Part shown: positions 53,821-64,000 of the stretch, one piece after another
How positions within the stretch are numbered: position 1 is the first letter of the stretch
Layout: each line of letters opens with the position of its first letter
Source of the DNA: Eledone cirrhosa
Lineage: Eukaryota
Direction: 5' to 3'
Length of the DNA stretch: 64,000 bases
Assembly (NCBI GenBank): GCA_964016885.1
Contig: OZ024743.1
Location: 744,001-808,000 of the forward strand
Notes under the pieces: generated by a model
The model's input: the letters and a program-made list of their open reading frames with translations, nothing else
What the model was told of the DNA's origin: nothing
Database searches by the model: none
Made by a program: the position numbers and the translations under genes

Positions 53821-55423
53821 TAATTGTTAGAACATCGATATATACAGAATATTCATAAAACTTTAATATACCCAGTAAACTGGAAATATTGCTTCTATTC
53901 TATTGCCGTTAGTCAGTATATTTTTGTAACGAACAGAATGACAGTCATTAGAGAATGTGGAATAAATAAATATGAATATGGTACGGAGATTCAATGACAT
54001 AACATAACAAGTCTCCATGCAATACATGTCTGAATACAAGATCCGATTTACAGTGTTAAATACCTACAAATATGTTGGTCGTTGCTATCATTTGGCAATG
54101 ACTGAATGGTCATACAGGATTCTCGTATTTACAGACACTTTGAACTACTATATTTGTAACGTTTGACGAACCTAAATAGACATATTCGAGCGAGTAACTG
54201 GGAGAAACAAATAAATCAACACGATATTGGCTGTAGTCTGTACTAGGAGAACTACTTCCACCAGACATTAACTAAAATCAAAATTCGTTCAATGGAAACA
54301 TACTTGTAATTTAAAATGAACAAAAAGATGAAACTAGGAAAAAGTTAGTCACACAAGAGGAAAGCCAATTTGTTAATATGTACACATTGATAAGCGCTAA
54401 GATTGATTGGGCGACAAGAGGCAGCTCATGCTGTGTGTAAGGAAGGGGATGATTCGCTAAAACGTTCAATCACCTGTTAACATACTAGTGGATAAAAGAA
54501 TTAGTTTACGTTGGCCAGCTGGAAAAGATAACGGATCGATTTTCTTGCTTTATGAGTACTTTAAAATATAATACTCAAACCTTAACAACTATATTCATTG
54601 TCAAGTTGTGTGTATATGTATATATATATGTATGTGAATATATATGTGTATATATATATATATATATGGTCGCGTGCGTGCGTGTGATTAGATGTACATG
54701 TACGTATATATATATGTGCTTCGTGTGTATGTATGCGCACCTTTGTATGTATGTACGTACGTATGTGCTTTTGTCTGTACATATTTATATATATGTTTAT
54801 ATATATATATGTGTATGTACGAACCTATGTATGTTTTCTATTTGTTCTAGTGTTACTTTATAATTGATAACCCCTCCCTCTTACTTTCTCTTTGATTTAA
54901 TTTTTTTATTCTCATATATTTTTTCATTTTTTCATTTTCCTATTATATATGTATCGACCTTCAGCCTGACACTGCTTTACTGATGCTCTCCCTTCCCTGT
55001 ATATATCACTTGCATGTATGTGGTTGCGCGCGTGTGTGTGTGTTTATACGCGTGCTTTCATACTTGTATGTGTATATATTTCAATCCTTAGTACCTGAGT
55101 CTGTATGTACGCTAACTCTATTATCTTACAATTTCTTTTTCAACATATATTATATACGTATTTGTGGTCACACACACACTGATATGCTTGCCCTCATATA
55201 TGTACTTACGCACACATTTTTTCACTATATACATGCATTTGTACATACACACATATGTACATTTGTGAGTGCATATACACACATTTATACACATACCCTA
55301 ACTATATTTCCTTATTTTATTTTTACATATCTCTTGCATTACTTTTATTTATATATATTTTTTGGTCCGTTAAACTTTTGCCTTTCTTGAGGAGATTTTT
55401 CAAATATTTCACTATATTTTAAA

Positions 55424-55497
55424 TTGCCTTGTCTGACGAACGAATGAGGACGTTTCTTGTATTCGTCTTATTCGGGAAACCTCTGGTAATGAGGTAA
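55424..55497 (+). ncRNA. Canonical type I hammerhead
   Basis: ttgccttgt-CTGACGA-acgaatgaggacg..cgtcttattcgg-GAAA-cc tct gg-TA-atgaggtaa. Confidence 0.82.
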
Positions 55498-55962
55498 TTA
55501 TATTGTATTGTTTATTATACATTAAATTTAGGTCTGGTACTTACATAGAGAACTCTTCACTCCAATGACTTTTTCAATTTTCAACGGAAACTTCAATACT
55601 TACATATATATATATAGATAAGTCTAATCGGTTCGTTGCAACTTATTCTATTTTTTGCTCGGTTACTCACATGCATGTTCCATTGTTCCCCTCTATTCTG
55701 TTTGTATTTTTCGTTTTTTCCTCTTTCTTCCTCTCTCGTCACTAATTTTTCTTCTTTTTTTCTTTTCTTTCCCTCATGGCCTTTTGATCGATAAAAGGCC
55801 TGGGCGCACTGCTGATCGCTTGTGATGTCCTGTTTTAAGCGCCGAAACATCTATGATCTGCAGTTAACAGCTAATGAAGGGGCCCTTCTCTTGTTTCGTC
55901 CATATTACCATCTTAAACCTTGTTTACGGTAGCCGCACAGCTCGCTTCGTTTCTTGTAATTT

Positions 55963-56030
<68 letters not shown>

Positions 56031-56032
<2 letters not shown>

Positions 56033-56275
56033 AGTAAGTATGTTTTTGAAACAGTGAGCAAGTTTGAAATTAGAAAATAGAAGCTTTCACCGTATTTTTT
56101 TACTAAAGAAATTTTAGCGTGATAGTTGTGTTTAGAACCCTCAGAGAAATGGAAAAAGATGAGTATTGATGTACGTCAATACTCATCTTTTTCCATTTCC
56201 CTGAGGGTTCTAAACCCCATTATCAGGCTAAAATGTCTTTAGTAAAAAAATACGGTGAAAGCTTCTATTTTCTAA
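56031..56275. mobile_element. (TA)n-flanked hairpin element; relative at 43718-43920
   Basis: Palindrome centred on gagtattgatgtacgtcaatactc; both copies start aagtaagt.tgttttgaaacag; no clear hammerhead. Confidence 0.7.
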
Positions 56276-57246
56276 TATATATATATATATATAGGCTCAC
56301 TGTAGAATGAAATCGAATATCTTCAACAACTAATATCGTGTGACACCCAGCAAGCTTGTTACTACAATGCCTATGAATATTTCTAAAACATAGTTATAAA
56401 CATTCTAAAATTTGATTTTCATATTCCTCACAGGCATAAAAAATATTCAACAAAGTGTTTCACTACAAATGTAAGAATCATGAGCTTAAGTGTATGAAAT
56501 CCGTTTCGAATATAATTAAAACTATTTATGTTTTAGACTAAATGCATGTTACATGAATAGGCAAAATCCCGTTTAGAACCCAATCCGTTTCGGTATATAG
56601 AAAATAGGATTGCGTATTTTAGTGTAATTTAAAAACCAACTACAGCTATGATCCATTCCACTACAAATTGAAGTACCGAGGTGCGTAGCAATGGTAAGTG
56701 GATTACACACTTCTAATAATTATGTCAAGAGGGCATATAGACTGACATATTTTTCAATTCATTCCCAACTTTATTGTTAACTTCCAAAATTTCTATAACT
56801 TATTAGGATTGGTGTATTGTAATCCTTATTGCATCCATACTTTCACAATCATACCAAGAGACGGTGGGATGGCGAAGTGACATTCGACTAGATGTTTATG
56901 GGTGTGTCACCAGTTGAAACTTGTTGCAGACAAAATATTCTTTTAATGCCTTGTTCAAGTATGTGTTGACAATAGGAACGAGATATTTTGGGAATGTTAT
57001 CTACGATAGACCGGCATCCTATACAGGAGGACTTTTATCTCTAATCTGCTGGAGGCTATGAAGTCGGACATAAGCACTTCGGCACGGAATATACACACGG
57101 TTCGTAAATGATACATTATTTTTAGGCCTGCCTATATATATAAAAATATGTGCGTGTGTATATATATATACATGCACCTTTATTATATAGCGTATATATA
57201 TATATATAGGTATACATATGTGCACACATACAGGCAAATACATATG

Positions 57247-57332
<86 letters not shown>

Positions 57333-57405
57333 TGTGTGTACGTGCGTGAGTGTGTGTATGTGTGTATTAACACATATACATGTTGCATGCATGATCATAT
57401 GTATG

Positions 57406-57441
<36 letters not shown>

Positions 57442-57461
57442 TGGATGTATGTATTTTCGTA

Positions 57462-57690
57462 TCACTGCGGGCTGGATGTCGTCTTGAAAATCAAATCTCT
57501 ACTAAAATGCCTCCAACAGGATGCGTCTCATATACCATTTCAAAAGTCCACAGAAGGGGAACTAGGTATGAGACTCGCAGGATGGATTGGCTCTTCCATC
57601 GCGTCTTTCTCAACATCCTCCGAGCAAACACCTTCCCTATTCTGTCCGCCAGGGCCGCGGGGTGTCCAGCCCATTTGCTCACAATAGTAA
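57462..57690 (+). mobile_element. Decayed CRE-like RLE 3' end
   Basis: RYETRRMDWLFHRVFLNILRANTFPILSA aligns to EPRELEWLFQRV/LAVLRGNAFSILSA at ~6.3 kb. Confidence 0.65.
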
Positions 57691-57991
57691 CAAATGAAGA
57701 GAGCGGGAGAGCGGCAGAGACGGAGGCAGTGACAGTGGGAGTTTGGTGTTTTTTTATTTGGACCTGGTGTCTATATATGTATATATAAGAGATAATCAGT
57801 CCATGAAAACCTTAGTTATTAGTTATACTATTAAATCCCTTCAACATACACAGGGGGATAGTCAATATGTATAATAAATCCGATAATTACATATCATGCC
57901 GGCTTGCGAATTCAATACAGGCATTGCCGAGGCTTAAACTTTAGCCAGTATTACTAACAGACCTGTTACAATGTGTTAGGGATATTTATCA

Positions 57992-58181
57992 ATAATTGTT
58001 TCTACTTTAGGCACAAGGCCAACAATTACCCAGTACATTACTGGTACTTTATTTTATCGACCCCGTAAGGATGAAAGGCAAAGTTAACCTCGGCGGGATT
58101 TGAACTCAGACTGTAAAGGGACCTAACTATGTTAGAAAGCATGGCGTCCAGCCCTCTACCGATACTGCCAATTCACCGCCC
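57992..58181 (-). mobile_element. Full-length SINE copy
   Basis: Core plus head ggcggtgaattggcagtatcgg; tatttatcaataat on both flanks (TSD-like). Confidence 0.92.
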
Positions 58182-58258
58182 TATTTATCAATAATGTAAT
58201 TCAATTTGATTGAATTATTCGTGAATTTTTTTTCAGAATTGCATGTAGACCTAGATTA

Positions 58259-58455
58259 AAAGGTGAATTAGCAGAGTCATTAAGACGTCTGATAGAATGC
58301 TTTATTCCAGAATAGTACTTGTTTTATCGACCTCGAAAGTTTGAAAGGCAAAGTTGACCCCCGGTGGGTTTTGAACTCAGAGCGCGCAATGAGGTGGGAC
58401 GAATACCATAAAGCATTCTATCAGACGTCTTAATGACTCTGCTAATTCACCTTTT
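58259..58455. mobile_element. Diverged SINE with inverted duplication of its 5' ~46 nt
   Basis: aaaggtgaattagcagagtcattaagacgtctgatagaatgcttta and its exact reverse complement flank a SINE core. Confidence 0.75.
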
Positions 58456-58659
58456 ACTAAAGTCGATTCTTCTATAGAAAATATCGGCTGTGTTCAGACC
58501 TGGAGAGGGTTGGGATCCCCCAGGTTTAAAAGTGCCCTAGACACGCCGTTTGATGGTGCCTCTACAACTCCACAAGGAGTTGTGGGATATTTATCCTTAT
58601 TCTCTAGATTGAAAAACAAAGAAAATATGAAAACTGATTCCTGTAAGCAAACTTGTTAG

Positions 58660-58740
<81 letters not shown>

Positions 58741-59843
58741 ACGAATCGGCACTACTGGTGTAAATGTATACACTACCACAAATTATCTGAGTGTATTCAA
58801 AATCGAAAAAAGAAAATTCGGACATTAATAGTCTACAAAATACCACAATGAACCCCCTACAGATAACCGATCGCATTATAGCCATATATGAAAATGCATT
58901 AAAAGCTTGAAACAGCCTTTAATTACTGTAATTTGATTGTTTATAGCCATATCTAATTCTCCATTAAAATATTATTGAAATTGTATCATGTCCAAAAATG
59001 TCACATGTGTTAAAACTCAAAGTCCTCTGTCTTGTACTCTATGATTTAGGTATGAATACACATGAAATACTTACTCTCGCGTCACGAGATCAACTGTTTG
59101 TTACATTCAATAAAGTAGGTTTTACATAAATATTTAAAACATTGCTAAAAAAAAAAAGTTTCATTTTCAAGAACATAAAAAAATAGGCCACTGCTACTTA
59201 TCGGCACTTTTAATTTGTGTAATTTGAAGATGATTATCACCTTACTTTCAAAGATATCCCAAACATGGCTAATTGTTCATTTAGGCCTAATTATGCAGGA
59301 TTTCAATCAATTCACTGACTATTCAAATTGTCATATTTTATAAAATATTAATCCAAATTTCACAAATAAGTTATCAAAATGTATCTTTTGGGATTCAATC
59401 CAAGGAAAAGTAAAATAGAAGTTAGATTTAAATATTTTCAAAACTGCATAGTGATAGCTATGTTTATACGCCTCAGTCTACAGGTTGACTGCACGTTGGA
59501 CTACATTCTATATTTTCTCTTCTGTTTTACTAATTCTTTTTTTATTCTGTTTCCTTTGACTAAGCCCACGTGCACTGTTCTAACTCTTCTTTGTCATTTG
59601 ATGCACTTGGAATACATTTTTATCTATATTTGTATAATTCGCTTAACGGCATAACTTGTCTCTACTTCTTTTGTTATGTTCCAATGTGAACTGGAAAGAA
59701 CGGTTCGATCTTATCAAATTGAAACCATAGTGAATCCTAGAGGTTGACTGAGGTGATGGGACTGCCCGTCTTACCGTTGTTTTTGTCCACTGTCTTTGTT
59801 GTATGAGCACCTATTTTGAAATATGTGTATGAGAGTATATATA

Positions 59844-59885
<42 letters not shown>

Positions 59886-59975
59886 CTCACACACATATAT
59901 ATATATATTAATATATATTATGTATAATATATACGCATATATACGCATGCATATATATATATACATATACTCATG

Positions 59976-60640
<665 letters not shown>

Positions 60641-60654
60641 TAGATAGATATATA

Positions 60655-61220
60655 TAAGTATGTATACGTACATACATATATGTATACAGACGTACAGTAG
60701 TATGTATATATACATACATGCACACATATATATATATGTACGTATGGATTCACCGAACATTTATTATAAAGCTCGGTCTGTTTGTAAACAAACATCCCGT
60801 AATAAGCCGTAGTGTCTAGCAACCATCGTTGCTCGTTTGTTCAACACTGACAAAGGAACGCTGTACTCGTTTCAAGCTTATAAGCTATCGTCAGCAAGCT
60901 ATACCTTCCTGCCAGATGATTGAACGTCTGAAAGTATATACTTTCCTTATGCATATTAACGACTGAGCAGCCTAATTTGCATATCGAGTGGGTTAATCGG
61001 CCGGGTGCACCGAAAACGATAAACGGAAAAAATGAAACGAAATTTCATTCCCCACTCTTAGTACGGCTGTTACTTAAATATAAGTGTGTATACGTACATA
61101 CATATATGTATACAGACGTACAGTAGAATCTATATATATATACATACATGCACACATATATATATGTACGTATGGATTCACCGAACATTTATTATAATGC
61201 TCGGTCTGTTTGTAAACATG
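60655..61220 (-). repeat. ~1.3 units of the 460-bp hammerhead family
   Basis: Aligns to 9712-11077; hammerhead at 60859-60899. Confidence 0.85.
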
Positions 61221-61260
61221 TATATATATATATATATACATATACATGTATATACGTATA

Positions 61261-61340
61261 TATTAATATGTTTATAGATAATGTATATATGATTTTCTGT
61301 TATTGCATCTCTGTGTTAGTCTTGTTATATTTGAACTATA

Positions 61341-61407
<67 letters not shown>

Positions 61408-61480
61408 CAAATATAACAAGACGAACACAGAGATGCAATAACACAAAATCATATATACATGTATCTATAAACATATTAAT
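61261..61480. repeat. Inverted repeat of ~78 bp with a (TA)n centre
   Basis: ttgcatctctgtgtt..cttgttatatttgaacta (TA)n tagttcaaatataacaag..aacacagagatgcaa. Confidence 0.85.
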
Positions 61481-61501
61481 ATATATATATACAGGTAGAT
61501 T

Positions 61502-61549
<48 letters not shown>

Positions 61550-61571
61550 AACACACACACATCTATATATA

Positions 61572-62495
61572 TGAAAAGATAAAGGACCCCGACGGCTGAG
61601 CTCTGGCCGTTTCAACAGCTAGATCCGAACTAAGAACGGCGGGAGCTAGCTGAACTTATCAAGGGGTACAACCCATATATACAGTCAAAGCAAAAAAGCA
61701 AGAAACCTAAGCAAAAATTCTTAGAAGTTTTTCTTTTCTTGTTTTTCTCCGTGAGTGGTCAGTGATCTGGGAAAGGGGGGGGGGGGGGTACCCCAGATCA
61801 AATGGCTCGTTTAGTATTGCTAAATGTCATGTATATAGTTTATTACCATCTTGGCGGCGGTGGCGGCGGTGGTGGGGGGGGGGGCTAGACAGGCCGAAAT
61901 ACAAGGGGGAAGGGGTTAGTAAACGAATTGACGAGGTCCATTAAGAGAGATTTTATCCTAAACAACTATTTCTAATCTGTAGAAACGGCATTGTGCTTAA
62001 CTTCAGTTCAAAGGAGGAAAAAACAAACGAGAGAAAATATATTTTCGGCATATATGATTCAAAGAGGGTAGCATAGTGTATTTATGTTATTATTAGTTTG
62101 CTTTATCTAACACTTTGCTAAAAAGCTAAACATTTATAATTTATTACTAATTCAGCTCCTCATAGAGAGATCTAGTTATCAATTAACCAAAGGCCCGGAA
62201 AGGGAGCCTCATATACGAATTTACTTATTTTTTCTTTTATTTTGAAAGGCCTCCAAAATCCACCCTTGGTTTTAAACATAATACTAATCATCTCTTCTCT
62301 AGTACTGTTGTAAATTATCTAAGGTTCTATAGTAAAGTAAATTCATCAAAAAGCCCGAAAATATCAATTTAACATGTCTGTTAAAGCTATCGGCAAACAG
62401 TAGCAATATGAATCTTTTCATATTACCCACTCTACCACCCAAGTATCGAGTACTCTAGTGGGTTATGGTCCACCTGGTATCTTACCACATCCTCT
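61572..62495. mobile_element. pLTR of another PLE family (inverted arm + conserved tail at 62420-62492)
   Basis: Hammerhead and gagtactct.gtg.gttatggtcca tail resemble the 28018 PLE; interior unrelated. Confidence 0.7.
61586..61667 (-). ncRNA. Type I hammerhead, U3-A8 core, stems I and III fully paired
   Basis: acccc-TTGATAA-gtt cagctag..ctagctg tt-GAAA-cggc cagagctca gccg-TC-ggggt. Confidence 0.85.
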
Positions 62496-62909
62496 CTGAT
62501 GTGTGTGTGTGTGTGTGTGTGTGTGCCTACACAACTGCATGTAACTACACAAATAACACTTAACGCGTACGCGCGCACTCACACATATTCACACATATAC
62601 TTATATGTATAGACTCCTTTACTACGAAGCGTGCAGTTCCTGTTTAAAGATATTTTTATTTACTCAACTCGACAATTTACACTAAATTACCCACTGAAAG
62701 ACAGACCACTCGACAAGCATCCACCAATAATTTACGTTAATTTGTAGCGGAATAGAGTGTTAAATTGAGATTGTCGACTGGAGAAGAACCCAAAAGAAAA
62801 AGAATAACAATTCCAGCAGGGGGAAGCTAGACAGATCACGCCACTTTCTCTCATAGAGCGATGATGTCATGACTTCCTTGCAGTCGATGTTTTGACATGT
62901 GTGAAAATA

Positions 62910-62983
<74 letters not shown>

Positions 62984-63166
62984 ATATAATATATATAATA
63001 TATATATATGTGTGTGTCGGAGGAGGGTATGTGTGTATATTTATATATATACATGTGATGCGCATATGTGTATGCATATATATATATATATATATATATG
63101 AATGTATGTATGTATATATATACACATATATATATATACGCACGTATATATATATATACATATGTA

Positions 63167-63206
<40 letters not shown>

Positions 63207-63242
63207 TGTATATATGAGTTATATATATATATATGTGTGTGG

Positions 63243-63294
<52 letters not shown>

Positions 63295-63737
63295 GTGAGC
63301 TTACGCCAACACTCTCACCACTTGTGCATTTTATACAATTTGTACACTTATTCACTCATACACTCAAACTCAAGTAATTCATATATATTATCAAAATAGA
63401 AAAAGATATCGTAGTTACATTTCAACCCCAATTGTCAGTGCATGCATACCTAGAAACATACATTCAAATACATACTTACATACATATATACATACTTACA
63501 TTCAAACATACATACGTACATACATTTCATACTTGCATGTATATTATGCATACGCACATGAATCGCCGTATAGCACTCATATATACATATTCATATAAAG
63601 GTATACACACAAACATAGACACACACACAAGCAAAAATAATGTTCTCGAAGAGAGTGCTTTAGGTACCAATAAGTGGAATATAACCCGACACAGCTTCGT
63701 TGAAAAGTGAACGTTTTTGCTAATTACCGATGCCTGT

Positions 63738-63770
<33 letters not shown>

Positions 63771-63878
63771 AATATGTATACATACATAGTGTCCCAAAAA
63801 ATGTATACATGCTTCAACAGCATTCTAATCAATGTGTGTATTTTGGGGATTCCGTGTATGTACATATATATATGTGTA

Positions 63879-64000
<122 letters not shown>

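Noticed and set aside
63782-63858. Tiny Tc1/mariner-like MITE; also a possible MITE at ~52229-52449
   Set aside because: Terminal repeats too imperfect and single-copy in the window.

Overview
AT-rich, microsatellite-saturated animal DNA. The dominant tRNA-type SINE looks octopus/cephalopod-like, which is an inference from recall, not a search. No host gene is supportable: almost all listed ORFs are (TA)n/(CA)n translation artefacts. The window holds retroelement debris (about 15 SINE copies, RTE, R4/Dong-like and CRE-like fragments, a mariner fragment) plus two decayed Penelope-like elements (PLEs) of Naiad-like type (YRDD RT motif, CNC..CPL..C zinc motif, GIY-YIG endonuclease). The main hidden signal is non-coding. 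More than a dozen unrelated short sequences inserted in (TA)n tracts, as hairpins or 310-470 bp tandem arrays, each fold by eye into a type I hammerhead ribozyme (about 25 copies in all). Several carry non-canonical cores (U3-A8 covariation, U4A, U4C, G12U) or 80-115 nt stem II insertions, and the hairpin insertions share a short-arm/long-arm architecture with fixed ends. All folds are manual; none was computed or tested.
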